64,000 nucleotides of DNA from Minutocellus sp. GHC0000111 (GCA_977018835.1 OZ361259.1:434001-498000); one strand, 5' to 3'. Positions 35,442-47,598 are shown, counted from the first letter of the stretch. Numbers and translations are program-made. Notes: a model not told the origin generated them from the sequence alone.

Positions 35442-36226
35442 CGATCGTGGCAGAATTTATTTAAAAAGCTTGGCTGGATGGTTTAGATGGTGGGGTTGCT
35501 CCACGCATGAGCAGCACGATGGGACTGGTGCCATGCGAGCCGAGCCAGGAAGGAAACGGTATTGCGTGTGCTGCAAGTGACTTGAACTTCGCACTCACAT
35601 GAACCGCATGTTCGACAAAGGTGCATGTTGCAATGTCGCGTCTACGTACCGATCCCGTTTTGAGATCGTGCCAAGTGCAAGCAGGCGCTTTCAACCGAAA
35701 ATAAGGTGACACCCGCAAGTCCTTCAGCCTGTCTAAATGGGGGATCAAGGGCGGAGAAAAACAGAAATGCCAACCCAAGACCATCTGATTTTGACTTTCG
35801 ATTTGGCGTTCTTTTCTGAAACTTGATCGGTCTTTTCACTTTTCAATTTCATGCGTCATCCACCCACAACCTCCTTTTCTACGAGCTCGTACTACGGTGC
35901 ACAAAACCAAAAAACCACCTCAGAAAAAACCACTGGACGACAACCCACCTCTTTGCATACTTTCTTCATTGAGTTGGCCAAAGACCAAGTCATAACTGCT
36001 TTGTCTTCCCCGGCCCGTCATATTCGTAGTCTTCTACTGAATCCCTGACTAGGGGCCGGGCGGAGCTGGCACATCTTGCTCGTCACGCGAAGCATTTCTA
36101 TTCTCTCGTGGGCTGCTGACCGACCATAATTACACTTACTCGTAGACCCCACGCACAGAGTACGAGTACGAGTACTAGCCCGCTCCCACGGACTAACTTG
36201 GTGCCGCCCACTCCGTAGCTAGCATC

Positions 36227-39200
36227 ATGCCCAAGCCCCGGAAGGGAGGAGGCGGGGGATGGGGCATCAAAAGCGTCGTCAACGGTTGGATCAACGTGAA
36301 CGAGCATCAGCTGGCGCCGGCGGACATTCATGAGCTGCAGCAACTTCAACAGTCGACGTCGAGCGGCGGTGGAGGCGGAGATGGCGGCGGCGCCAACCCG
36401 CCTCTGCATCCGCCGGGAGCTGCCGCCGCCGGCGGCGGCAATTCCACTGGCGCGACCGGCCGATCCGTGAGTGCCGGTCGGCAGAACCAACGCCCGCAGC
36501 TGCAGCAGAAGCAGCAGAGGAACCGCTACAGCGAGCCGGGTACGTACAGTCACAGTCACAGTCACAGCGGCCACAGCGGCCTGTATCCGCCCGGCGGTCC
36601 GGTGCCGGGGGACGGGCGGGTCATCCTCGGCCGGCGGGAGTCGACCGAGCCGGACCGGCCCGGCAGCAGCAGCAAGTGGGGGCCGGAGCCGCTACCGCTT
36701 AGCCCCGAGGCCAGTCCGATGATGATGCCGGCCTCGGGGGGGAGCGGGGGGTCGCAGCCCCAGCGACACCCCCCCCATCTCGGCCTTGATGCCAGCTCCT
36801 CGGCCCAGTCGCGGTCCAGCCACAGTCACAGCCACAGCAACCTGAGCTCGTCTCGCGGGGGTGGCAGCAGCGGGGTGGGCAACAGCCTCAGCAACAGTCA
36901 CAGTCACGGATACAGCCTCGGTAGTAGCAGCTACCGTGGTGGAGGTGGGTCGATGCTTTCGGGTCCTGGTGGTCCCACAGGAGGTGGTATGGCGGCGAGC
37001 GGTACAAGTCTTCTGAGTGGTGCCGGCGGGTTCCACGTCGGAGATCGAAAGTCGTCGATGAAGACGCACATCACCTCGGCGACGGAGGGGGAGATGACCC
37101 TGTCGGATGGGCACCAGTCGTCCAACTTTTCCGACAGGTCCGCCGCCTCCATGTCGCTGTTGTCCAGCCCGTACCGGAGAAATTCGGGACAGCAGTACGA
37201 CGGACCGGCGGCGCCGGCCTCGGTGGGCCATGTGCTGGGTGGTTCCGGTGGTGGGATCGGAGCTGCTTTGGGAGCGGCAACAGCAGCAGCGGCGACAGCA
37301 TCGGCATCAGCAAAGGGAGAGGAGTTGACATCCACAGCTCCCTCCACCGCTGCCATGGCTCGCCACGACAACAATATGGTTCTAAATTCCACCAATTTTG
37401 CCTCGGCCGCTGCTAGGACGACTGGCTACGGAAAGAGGCGGAGCAGCTACCTGAGCAGCGAATTAGAGTACTCGACGAGCGCGGCGGGCGGTTCCACGCA
37501 GTTCGGGACGTCGCCGTACCTCAACAGCCGCCGGGCCAGCGCGCTGACGGAGCTCACGGCGTCGACCATACCCTCGCGGAGGGACAGCTCATCACCACCG
37601 GAGGAGGAGGAGGAGCAGCAGCAGCTTTATCAGTATCACCGCAGTTCTAGCGGTGCGGGCGACGATGGGGCGGCATCAATGAGGTCCACCAAGTCCTCTT
37701 CGGCCTCAACGGTGGGTTCAGGTACGAGTAGAGCAACGACGAAGAGCCGGAAGAAGGAACGAAATGCTCTTCGTCGGACGAATTCGCAATCCGATATCCT
37801 CAAAGTGATGGCCGGAGGAGGGGTAGGTCAGACCCATCTAAGTCTCGAGGAGAAGTCAAGGCGCAAATCGGATGCCTTCCTCAGGAAGGTTCACGAGATG
37901 CAGGTTCAGCAGCGGCAGAAATTGATTGCCGTCCAAGAAGCCGAAGAGCTCCGAATGCACCATTTAGAAGGCGATGAGCATCAGAGGCAGCCACAGCTTC
38001 ACCAGTACCCCACTCCAGCGACAGGTCGATCTGACCGATCTCTTTCGGTATCTGGCTCCGGCACTTCGGGTAGTGTCACAGTGGCCCACAGCAATACCGC
38101 TCTCTCCGTCAACACCAAGGGTACCGGGTCCTCAGACAATGCCCAGGTTCAGATCCCAGCAGGGACTTTGGGAGCCCCTCCACAGATTCATCGCAGAGCC
38201 TCTGCTTCGACAAAAGGAGACGATGCCAGCGAGGATAACTCAATACAGAAATTCGTCAGTGGTATTCTAGGCATGGGAGCCTCAGACGAGAAGGGAAAGC
38301 AGCCTCAGCAGCAGGAGCAAAGGTCAACATCCTCTGATAAACAACAGCCATCGCCACAGCAACAACAAGAACAACTTCAACGGCAAATGAAGCATCAAAA
38401 GCAGCTGCTACACCAAGTACAGTTGCAGCAGCAACAGCAACAACAACAGCGTGGCCCGACCAACACAGGACAATATCTCAACGAGGCCGCCTTCGTTCAG
38501 CACGTCGAGCGTCAAAGAGCTGCCGCCATGGCCATGCAACAGCAACAACAGAAGCAGTCCTCGAGTTCAGTCGCTGGATCAAGCAGTGGCAGGAGTAAGA
38601 AGTCATCTAAAGGTGAGAGCCGACGAAGGTCAGACGATGGACTCCCCCTCAACACCGTTTCTGCGATTCCATCGTCGGCGCCAGAGAATCAACGGGCTCT
38701 GTACCCTGGTCAGCAGCCACCCCTTCACCCCCCGCAACAGCAGCAAGGGTATGGAGGACAGTCGACTCACCCTCTTGGTTCCGGTACCACGGGACGAGGA
38801 GGCTATGTCGTCACGGGACCGGGAATCGTCCAACCTATTGCCCCTCGCTCCCAATCGCAGCAGCATGAGCATGGTACAGACTCAAAATCTTGCGCCCAGT
38901 GTACTATTTTGGAGAAACAGCTCATTGCCCTCCAGGCAGATCTTGACTATCTCCGCTCTATCATTGCTCAAAATGAATTCATCTGCGCCGGGTGTGAGGC
39001 TCCATCTAGCAGTAAAGGTTCCAGCAAACGACGGAGCAGCAGCGCCGCTGTCCCTTCATCCGGTGCCAACGTCAGCAGCACCAAATCAAAGAAATCGATA
39101 TCAACGTCGGCATCTCGCAAAGGGAAGAAGAGCAAATTCGGTAGCAGTGCGCAATTGTCGCAATTGAGTGGCGACGCAGATAAGCCCCATGAATCGGATG

Positions 39201-39901
39201 CGCTCAATGATGCATCACAGCGATTGATGGCCGTGGCTTCTCGTCACAAGCGTCAAATCGAACAAATGACGAAGGAGACTGCTCGTTGGCAGAACGATAT
39301 GCATCTGAAACTTTCGAAGATGTCCATGATGTGTAAAGATCTTAACGATGAGTCCGCAAAGAGAAAGGAGGAGGCTACCAACATCCAAGCCACCCTCGCC
39401 AAGGTGAGAGCCGACAGAAACGCTCTTGAGTCGGAAGTAGAATCGCTCAAGGCTAGAATAGCCTTGTACGAGAAGGAAAACGTTGAAAATGACCGCGTGT
39501 CCCAAGCTTTGGACGGCAAAGAAATGGCCGAGCTTGATCGAATCGGCAGCGCTATCGAGGATCGCGATGGTGCCTTGACCAATATGTCATCACAGCTCGA
39601 TCGTGCTCTTACATCTCTCGAAGCAGAAAGGAAGGAGCAAAAAGAGAGTGAACGAGCCTCTGCCCATTCAGCTCGGAAGAAAGCCATGTCGTTCAATCCT
39701 ACGTCTGCGAACGAAACATCCTTCTTCAATCCGTTGCTCGGTATTGCCCGAGCTGCGAGAGTCGATGAGGGTCGCGCGGAAAACGATGAAGTGGCAGAAA
39801 CTACAAGAAAAGAGGACGACCTGCAAAAGCGGTGCAAGGCACTGGAGAAAGAGCTCGAGGCAGCCCAGGAAAAGCTGCGAAAGTCCGCCGCAAATGCCTA
39901 G
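36227..39901 (+). CDS. Large low-complexity (S/G/Q-rich) protein with CxxC motifs and a C-terminal coiled coil
   Basis: 1224-aa intact ORF; CAQC...CAGC flank a leucine heptad; C-terminal coiled coil. Confidence 0.7.
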   Translation: MPKPRKGGGGGWGIKSVVNGWINVNEHQLAPADIHELQQLQQSTSSGGGGGDGGGANPPLHPPGAAAAGGGNSTGATGRSVSAGRQNQRPQLQQKQQRNRYSEPGTYSHSHSHSGHSGLYPPGGPVPGDGRVILGRRESTEPDRPGSSSKWGPEPLPLSPEASPMMMPASGGSGGSQPQRHPPHLGLDASSSAQSRSSHSHSHSNLSSSRGGGSSGVGNSLSNSHSHGYSLGSSSYRGGGGSMLSGPGGPTGGGMAASGTSLLSGAGGFHVGDRKSSMKTHITSATEGEMTLSDGHQSSNFSDRSAASMSLLSSPYRRNSGQQYDGPAAPASVGHVLGGSGGGIGAALGAATAAAATASASAKGEELTSTAPSTAAMARHDNNMVLNSTNFASAAARTTGYGKRRSSYLSSELEYSTSAAGGSTQFGTSPYLNSRRASALTELTASTIPSRRDSSSPPEEEEEQQQLYQYHRSSSGAGDDGAASMRSTKSSSASTVGSGTSRATTKSRKKERNALRRTNSQSDILKVMAGGGVGQTHLSLEEKSRRKSDAFLRKVHEMQVQQRQKLIAVQEAEELRMHHLEGDEHQRQPQLHQYPTPATGRSDRSLSVSGSGTSGSVTVAHSNTALSVNTKGTGSSDNAQVQIPAGTLGAPPQIHRRASASTKGDDASEDNSIQKFVSGILGMGASDEKGKQPQQQEQRSTSSDKQQPSPQQQQEQLQRQMKHQKQLLHQVQLQQQQQQQQRGPTNTGQYLNEAAFVQHVERQRAAAMAMQQQQQKQSSSSVAGSSSGRSKKSSKGESRRRSDDGLPLNTVSAIPSSAPENQRALYPGQQPPLHPPQQQQGYGGQSTHPLGSGTTGRGGYVVTGPGIVQPIAPRSQSQQHEHGTDSKSCAQCTILEKQLIALQADLDYLRSIIAQNEFICAGCEAPSSSKGSSKRRSSSAAVPSSGANVSSTKSKKSISTSASRKGKKSKFGSSAQLSQLSGDADKPHESDALNDASQRLMAVASRHKRQIEQMTKETARWQNDMHLKLSKMSMMCKDLNDESAKRKEEATNIQATLAKVRADRNALESEVESLKARIALYEKENVENDRVSQALDGKEMAELDRIGSAIEDRDGALTNMSSQLDRALTSLEAERKEQKESERASAHSARKKAMSFNPTSANETSFFNPLLGIARAARVDEGRAENDEVAETTRKEDDLQKRCKALEKELEAAQEKLRKSAANA

Positions 39902-40006
39902 TATCAATAGTAAAAGGATAACCTCTTACTAACCTCTCTTTTGATAGATCCAAAAGAGAAATGTTCTGCTCGACCTATCTATTTTTTGCGAATGTTCTTA
40001 ATTATT

Positions 40007-42370
40007 TTAGCGAATGATTGATCCCGGTCGGGAGGGGAATAAGATACCTGAGGCGTTGTTCTTATCGTCACTTTGAGGTCCTGGAAAGACCTGCCAAAAG
40101 CGCAGAGTCTCGTCGCCAGCACCAGTAACGATAGTCGATCCATCTGGAGACATGGCCAAGTACAAGACTCTGTATGTGTGGCCTGTCAGCGTGGCAACCT
40201 TGGACATGCTGGGATATTTCCACACGACAATCTGATTGAGTGAATAGCCATGAGTACTAACAATCTCGTTGCAGTTCTTCGAGAAAGCTAGGTTGCACAC
40301 CTGACTTCCCGTATCGATGCAGTTGAGACCAGCGCCGCTCAGCGTGTTCCAGAAACGAATGCATCGATCTGCTGTGCCTCCACCGCTCGCGAGCAGACCA
40401 TGCTGGTGAGGACTCCAAGCGATGGCCTTTACTGCTGCTGAGTGCTCTGCAAACTTGTGAACTGGTTTGGATTGATTTTTGATATCCCATACGAGGAGCT
40501 TGTTGTCGTTGCCACCAGAGGCCAGATGACTCGGCTCATCGAAGGACCACTTGAGGCCACATACCTCCTGTTTGTGAGCCTTCAAGAGAGAAGTGTGCTG
40601 TTGTTCGGAACGGACATCGCGAAGGTAAATGGCACGATCGCGACTGCCGCTCGCCAAAGTTGGTCCGCACCAAGCCAATGCACCAACCCGAACGGAGTGG
40701 CCGGTCATCGATCGTAGCTTTTCGCACTTGATTGTGTCCCAAATCTGAATCTCTCCCTTGTTAGTACCGATGGCAAGATGCGACCCCTTCTGCGACCAGG
40801 AGACAGACGTCACTGTATCCTCGATCTCCTGAAGATCACATAGCTTTGTAACCTTGGATGTACAAGCGCTCCAAAGGTAAACACAGGTGCCAAGTCCGAC
40901 GGCGAGCACGTTCTGAGACGACCAATCCACCAGGTTCAAATAGAAGTCATCTGCAAGTGCTGGGGCGTCTAGTACCTTGAACGGGACCTTGCTGATACGG
41001 CGATTGCGCTTCTGTGGAGTAGCGAGAAGGCGCTGGGTAGCAACACTGCCCACTGGTGATAGGTTGAAGGAGTTCACGACACTTGTCGGTCCATCCGATC
41101 CTGCCACACTTGCAAATACATTCTCATGGAACGACTGCCTTGGACTTTGGAAGCGAAGGAAATTGGCACTCTCTCCCAATGGCCCTCCAGTTCCGACAGA
41201 TGATGAGGTCGAGCCGTTTGCCGAGGAAGGAGTTCTGCGGTTGTTACGGTTGCTATCACGACCATCGCGTCCTCTGCTGCTAGTCGACGGAGACGTACCA
41301 GGCGATCCGGTCGGAGCTGGCGTCGGATCGACATTCTCTCCCAGCAGCTCTGATCTCAGTAGCATATTCAGGATAGGTTGCTGTGTGGCTGGATCGCCCG
41401 TCGTCCTCGTTCGTGCCACTGCGGCGTCGGCGGCATGGTTGGGCTCTCCACTGCTGGGTGTTGGCGGGTCTGGTCGGAAGCGCCGCACTGTGGACGGATC
41501 TTCGTATACAGAAAAAGACAGGTTCGACGCCACTCGAGAAGGAATGAAGCGATCGGAGTAACCCGTATCGGACGTTCCACCAGTGATGTTGGCGACGCGC
41601 TCCTGCCTTCGAGGAGTGTTACGAGGTGATGCACGAGGCGTACCAGCCGGACTGCTGGCGTAGCTTCCAGAGCGACGACCAGCCGATGCCGTCGGCGTCC
41701 CAAAGAACGACCGAGAGGACGGAGAAGCGCCCCGAGCCGACTGCGGTCGTCGGCGAGGAGTCTCGTACAACGATCCGGTGCCCGCAGAACCACCAAACGT
41801 AGCGCCGGAGGCGACGGGGGTGCCATACAAACTGGCAGGTTCGCTGTGGCTGATGCGAGGAGAGGCCGTACTGACGGCCGGAGGGCGGAAGGGCGACATA
41901 TGTCCTGCGTGGCCTGTGGGAGTCGACGCAGCCGAGGAGTATCCCCGAACGATACCGGGAGGATTGAACAAACTGCCACCGCCAATGCCAGCAGCGCCAC
42001 CCTGCTGCTGGGCGGAGAGTCGAGCCGAGTATTGCGGATCCAGACGTGAGCGAGACGGAGACGGCGGGATGAGCTGGGAGGCAAGCTGCAGCGACGTCTT
42101 TCGACGTTGCTGCGATCCATCCTCGAAGGTGATCGCCGATGCCGTCGCTGGTGACTTGCCACCCCGGCGCGATGATGCCTGTGTCGACGGAGAGGCCGGG
42201 ATGACACCAGGAGTTCCATTGGATGCCGCCGCTGCCACTCCACCGCTACCAGCGCCGACGGAACGTGCCGGAGATGGAGCTGCCGCTGCTGAGCCAAGCG
42301 TATCGATTGTCAAATGCGGACGCTTGGCCCTACTGCGGCTCGGCGTGGAAACTTTGGCAGAACCCTCCAT
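40007..42370 (-). CDS. FZR1: APC/C co-activator Cdh1/Fizzy-related (WD40)
   Basis: C-box DRFIPSR, KVPFKVLDAPALADDFYLNLVDWS, WD40 repeats, HGYSLNQIVVWKYPSM, GAGDETLRFW and a C-terminal IR tail. Confidence 0.95.
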   Translation of the reverse strand: MEGSAKVSTPSRSRAKRPHLTIDTLGSAAAAPSPARSVGAGSGGVAAAASNGTPGVIPASPSTQASSRRGGKSPATASAITFEDGSQQRRKTSLQLASQLIPPSPSRSRLDPQYSARLSAQQQGGAAGIGGGSLFNPPGIVRGYSSAASTPTGHAGHMSPFRPPAVSTASPRISHSEPASLYGTPVASGATFGGSAGTGSLYETPRRRPQSARGASPSSRSFFGTPTASAGRRSGSYASSPAGTPRASPRNTPRRQERVANITGGTSDTGYSDRFIPSRVASNLSFSVYEDPSTVRRFRPDPPTPSSGEPNHAADAAVARTRTTGDPATQQPILNMLLRSELLGENVDPTPAPTGSPGTSPSTSSRGRDGRDSNRNNRRTPSSANGSTSSSVGTGGPLGESANFLRFQSPRQSFHENVFASVAGSDGPTSVVNSFNLSPVGSVATQRLLATPQKRNRRISKVPFKVLDAPALADDFYLNLVDWSSQNVLAVGLGTCVYLWSACTSKVTKLCDLQEIEDTVTSVSWSQKGSHLAIGTNKGEIQIWDTIKCEKLRSMTGHSVRVGALAWCGPTLASGSRDRAIYLRDVRSEQQHTSLLKAHKQEVCGLKWSFDEPSHLASGGNDNKLLVWDIKNQSKPVHKFAEHSAAVKAIAWSPHQHGLLASGGGTADRCIRFWNTLSGAGLNCIDTGSQVCNLAFSKNCNEIVSTHGYSLNQIVVWKYPSMSKVATLTGHTYRVLYLAMSPDGSTIVTGAGDETLRFWQVFPGPQSDDKNNASGILFPSRPGSIIR

Positions 42371-42767
42371 GCTTTACTCGATAAAATGGTTTGTTCGAGA
42401 GATAGTTAGCTCCAAAGTTGATGATTGTGTCGATACTTATTCACAGAATTTATGGCCGGTCCAGTTCTGTCGGAGTTGAAAGAAAAACCACCCGTATCTT
42501 GTGTTGTGTTTCGAGCCGAGACCGCCCGACTGAGCCTTCCCCTCTCGAACAGATATGATTAGGCGATGCGAAGCGATGCGAGATTTACTGGCAAGAGCCG
42601 GAGTGAGGAGTCGATGCTTGGCTCTCCCACACCCCCTCTCCGGATAGTGACCACCATCGCCCGCCTTTCGCCGCTTCTCTCGCTCGGATCGCCATCGGCG
42701 GCGGCCGTTACGCGACCGTTGAAGCGTTGGCGCTTTGCGCCACTTGACTCATTCGATTAACACGTAG

Positions 42768-42951
42768 GAATTCCTACCGGTACCTACATGATGAAACAGA
42801 CAGTCATGGGGCCAGAGAACGAACGTCATGTACCGACCGGGAAGGTCCACTCCACAATAAGGCAATGTAAACTGCATACCTTAGCTCACTACTTACAGGA
42901 TCTTATTGATCTATAGCATTTCTTGCTTTCGGTGCATGTCGGTAGGAATTC
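42768..42951. repeat. 184-bp segment bounded by 12-bp perfect inverted repeats (possible MITE remnant)
   Basis: GAATTCCTACCG at 42768-42779 and CGGTAGGAATTC at 42940-42951; no clear target-site duplication. Confidence 0.3.
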
Positions 42952-43413
42952 TGACTCGACTCTAGCTTGCATACTACTGTAGCTAGAGTAGATGGCAATT
43001 TAAGATACTCATCAATTTACCGGTAAGATACTGCTTATTGCCAAGGCCTCCTCCCATAGTAACTACTAGTAACAAGTAATAGGGACATTGGTCACTATGA
43101 ATAGGGGCGCTGGTGTCATGTTAGTGGTTTTACTAGCAGTATCTTAATTTGAGCCAGACAAAATCCCCGATATCTCATGGTAGATCTAGATCTAGGCATC
43201 GAATAATTTTACCGGAAAATTTTTCCTCGAATCAGCATTTCCTCAGCTGTCCAAAAATGCACAGAAAGTGTTCACACTATGAACGGATCAAAAAAATAAT
43301 TCAGATTTCAATCTGCAGTATCTTAAATGGCAATTTACTCTAGCTACTAGCTACGACAGTACGTAGCTACGTACCGGTACATGCTCTGTAGCTGTTGCTG
43401 ACTCCTCCTGATG

Positions 43414-44495
43414 TTACCGTAATGATGATGATGATGAATTTTCTTCAACGAAGCCAACAACGGATCCAACGATTGCATTGATATGCTTCAAACCATTGAA
43501 ATTGTGGTCAGCTCCTTCGATTATTTGCAACGTATGTTTCGATATGGACTCATCATATCTTTTGGCATTCTCAACATCCACTGTCGTATCGGCAGATCCA
43601 TGAATGGTTAAAACATGAGAGGTTCGTATTTCGGATACAAAGGCCGACGAGGCATTCGCCCTCTCATCGATATCCTCCTGGGTTACCACGACTGCCTTTT
43701 CCCCAAAGGTTTTCATCGTAAATTTCCCCTCTCTTGCCAATTCATCGCACTGCTCTTTGCTAAATCTTGTCTTGACATCAAATTCGCCAGGAACAACAAA
43801 TCGCCCGGCCAAGTTGACAAAACAAGGCACCAGTACAGCCCTCTTTTCTTCCTTTTGACCACCCTCACCTCGGCGATGAGCTCTCTTCTCTTGCTCCAGT
43901 GCGAAACGTAATGCCGCCGCACTTCCCTTGGAATGGCCAGCAATACAGAGCACCTCACACCCCAGACTATTTCTCACATAGTCAACGACCCTTCTCAAAT
44001 CACAGACCTCACCGCCGAATCCAGCCGAACGCCACGTGCCACCAGAATGACCATTGCCCCGAAAGTCAAATCGGAGGGCGTGGCAGTGTAATTTTTGGGC
44101 GACTCCCGCTGCAATGTGAGATATCAACATTTGGTTCCTCCACGACAAGAAGCCATGACAAACGATGATGACTGGTCGCCTTTCGCCGGTGGGAAGGTTG
44201 GTGCTGGCGTGTAAGACGTCGTTAATAGTCGGTTCTGGTACAACTACTTTCGCGCTGTCGTCAGCGCTATCAATACCATCTTTGCACCACGTCAGAGTAC
44301 AAGCCAACCTTGGCTGGGAATCGGTCGTCTCGCTCCCATCAACATCACAGAAGGATGTCGAGGACAAGTCAGGCAACAACGGTGGTGGCATTCCTTGACA
44401 TTCGGACGGGGGGCGCTGCTGCACGGGGGGGGCGACAAGGAACTATCTGCAGACTTGTTCATTTTCTCGTTCATCCTTGATTGTTGGCATCCCAT
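43414..44495 (-). CDS. Alpha/beta hydrolase with an MGC N-acylation motif; frameshift in a G8 run (44425-44432)
   Basis: CHGFLS, RFDFRGNGHSGG, nucleophile motif GHSKG, IHGSADTTV and EGADHNF. MGCQQS... (ORF 44292-44495) joins the catalytic ORF if one C is added. Confidence 0.8.
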
Positions 44496-44838
44496 CCATG
44501 CCTTGCCACAAAGCCAAGTGCGTGGCGTGCGGTGAGCAATCGGGCGAGACTGAGCCAGGTGACGGCCCGATGACGCGACGGCCGCTGCGCTGCTGCTGCT
44601 GCGGCGATGGCGGCTCGGCCGGGGCCAAAGAGGAGGTCAAACAGGCGTCAGAAAGAAAGAGGTTTCCCGCGCCAGCCAATCTCAAAGCCTTGCTTATCTC
44701 AAAGCTCAGAGCCCCGCCAAAGCATCAAGCGAACAGCGAGAAGCCGAGCCAAATACACCACAGCATCTTGCGTAGCCTCAGCAATTGCACATCCATATCA
44801 TACTGATTTGTGTGGGTCAATCGATTTATTGAACAAAC

Positions 44839-46187
44839 ATGTCAGAGGCATCGAGCAGATCTACTGAGCAAGCAGCTTCTGCTTCTGCAGCGGCATCTCC
44901 AGCGGAGGCATCTCCTCCCACCGACGTTGGGCAGGTTCCTTCAAATACAAGTGCAGTTGCAGGTGCTACTGGTATCGCCACGAGCTCTGTCAACGGTGCT
45001 GCGCCTTTACCTTCCTCTACTACGGCAGCTACCCCTGCGGCTGCCGCCGCTCCCATCTCTGCAGATGCTCCAGCCAAGACGCCTGCTGACCCCCGCCAAA
45101 GCGACGGTGCCGGGAACAGCAACAGCGACCCACCAAGTATCCAATTCAATCCCATCTCAAAGTGGGAGGAACCGATCGAAGTCATCGGCCTTACGCAGTG
45201 GGACATTCACTGCAAGCCACGTCACATCCAGAATGAGGATGATCCGAACGCGCGGATTCGGGCATCGGTCAAGCAGCTTTCGACCGAGATGACCTGCCCG
45301 GTATGCTTGGGTTTCTTCAACAAGCCAGTGACGGTGATGGAATGTTTGCACAGATTTTGTGCCGAGTGCATCGAGAAGTGTCTGCGGATCGGGAAGAAGG
45401 AATGTCCATCTTGTAGGATTCACATCCCATCACGTCGAAGCTTGCGGTGAGATTTATGTTGATGTCTTTTGAAGTACACGAATGCATCATCTTGCAACCG
45501 AATTTGTCTCCAACTACATGTAACTCACCCTGCGTTTATATTGAACTCTTCCTTTATTGAAGAAACGACAACAATTTCGAGGAGCTAATGAGGAGTATCT
45601 ACGGCGATGTCGAAACACTGCAGCGGCAAGAGGCGAAAGAGATTGAGCTACTGAATCGCACGCAAAATATGCACAATTCCGCTGAGCGAAGCCGAACGGT
45701 CGGAATCATACAGCAGCAGAAATCCCGTGGAAAGAAAAGGTCGGAGATTGAGGATGAACAGACAAGGACGGTAAATGGTACCATTTCATCGATTACTGGC
45801 CCTTCGGCGTTGGCTCCTGGTTCTTCCCGAGACAAGCGATTGCGGCATGGATCGTCGTCGATATCAGCAGTATCATCTGCTCAACACCCACCCCTAAAGA
45901 TTCATGGCTTAGAGCGATCGGCTCTACTTGGATACTACCTTCAACGGCACCCACAGGAACGCCGCGTCGATCGCCTCGACAAAGAGCTCCTGAGGACATC
46001 CAAAGAAATGACAATTTGCAGCCTAAAGAAATTTCTCGGTGCCAAGCTGCGCCATGCTCCTGCGTCGGATTTTCAGATATCGTGTTCCATTGGAGGAAAG
46101 CAAACTGTTTTGGAAGATACCATGACCGTGGGTCTTGTCCATGAACAAATTTCGGACCTAGATGTTGGCGCAATTATGGTGCTATAA
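44839..46187 (+). CDS. RING1: RING1/RNF2-like Polycomb PRC1 E3 ligase (RING plus RAWUL-like domain); intron 45447-45562
   Basis: CPVCL......VMECLHRFCAECIEKCLRIGKKECPSCRIHIPSRRSLR; splicing gives SLRNDNNFEELMRSIY. The C-terminal LRTS..MTI..LKKFL segment is RAWUL-like. Confidence 0.85.
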
Positions 46188-47598
46188 TTTACGTAATCTT
46201 CGTACTTGCGCGCCAATTTTGCTTTTTGTAGCAATCGACCAAACCGATCTATCAGCGGCACTTCAATGTTCATGAGTTCTCCACTTACTGGATGTTGGAA
46301 TGTGGCACCTCTACTTTGCAAGTAAAGTCCATCTCCGCGTCGAACAGGTGGGAGATCTTGTATTATGCCCAAGTCACATTCTTCGACCGCACCATCTTCA
46401 TCAACGCTCTTGGCCATTTTGCCCCGTGCTTCTACTCCAGAATCCCAATACAAGTCATCACCAACGATAGGGCAGGCCATCCTTGCCATGTGAATCTAGT
46501 GAAGACAGAAAGAAGAGGAGAGATAAGAGGAAGAAATGATGCGTTGGTGTGTAAGCGTGCAGAAAAGGTAAGGACCAACTTCCCAAGCAGAATGTTTAGT
46601 AAAATAATCATCATCATCACACCTACCCGCAGTTGATGGGTTCGACCTGTCTCAGGCCGAAGTTGCACATGACTCAGAGTTCCCCAGTGCGTGTGTGGCA
46701 TGGATTTCAGTACAGACATTGTTGTTCTTGATGCTAGCATACCCCTCCCCTCCACCTCTATTGGCGAATCAATAAGAATAGTATTATCATCCCGCAATAA
46801 AAAGTTGGAATTGAGTTTGATTGCCTCAAATGGATCACCAACGACGAGAGCTTCATAGCGTTTCTTTACGGTTTTTGATTCAAACTGATTGCCCAAATTC
46901 ATGAGAGCCCTACGACTTTTTGCCACTAGTAACAGCCCCGGTACGCGCACGTCGAGGCGATGGACAGCGAGCGGTAGTGGGAGTGCATCATCACTCGAAG
47001 AAGGAGTGAGTATCGCTGGAAGGGCGTCCTCAAATGCAAGGTACCTATGGACAGTATTTTTCTTTGTATGCACCCCTGCTGGTTTGAATACTGCCGCCAA
47101 GTGATCATCTTCGTAGCACACTGATAGACCAGAATCATTGAGATGACCAACAAAATTCATTCGCTTCGCAACATCATCATCGGATAGCTTAGTCCGGGCC
47201 TCTATCTGTAATGTCAATTTATCACCCTTCTGCACCACCCTACATCCTTCGACTTTTTCTATGTCATTCAATTTCAATCTGCCCGATTTGATAGCCTTGG
47301 CGGCGCGATTTTTTGTCGGAAGTTGGTGCGGAAATGACAGTGATGCATATCTTACAAGTCGCTCTGGTTTATGGGCCCCGTCCCCAAGATCGTTCGGTAA
47401 AGGATCGACGTGCACAACGTGAGTCAGCTCCAGCGCACCACCATTATTTATTCGCTTGGCATCGAACCAGGCCAAAAATTTGGCACGGTGCGCATCTGTT
47501 GTTGTCGTCGATGGGGCAGTTGGGGAGGATAGGCCCAGAGCAAAGCAAATGCCTGGATTTAAAAGGGCACCAATTATGAAGGCAACACGAAGGAACAT
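46073..47598 (-). CDS. RluA/RluD-family pseudouridine synthase, organelle-targeted; intron 46496-46626
   Basis: S4-like region, KPAGVH, VHRLD (catalytic Asp), KRYEALV, spliced TGRTHQLR|IHMA..CPIVGDDLY and GLYLQS. Confidence 0.88.

Noticed and set aside
35460..36000. Possible TE remnant in a long spacer rich in TGCA/CATG
   Set aside because: No terminal repeats or recognisable coding remnant, and TpA is still present.
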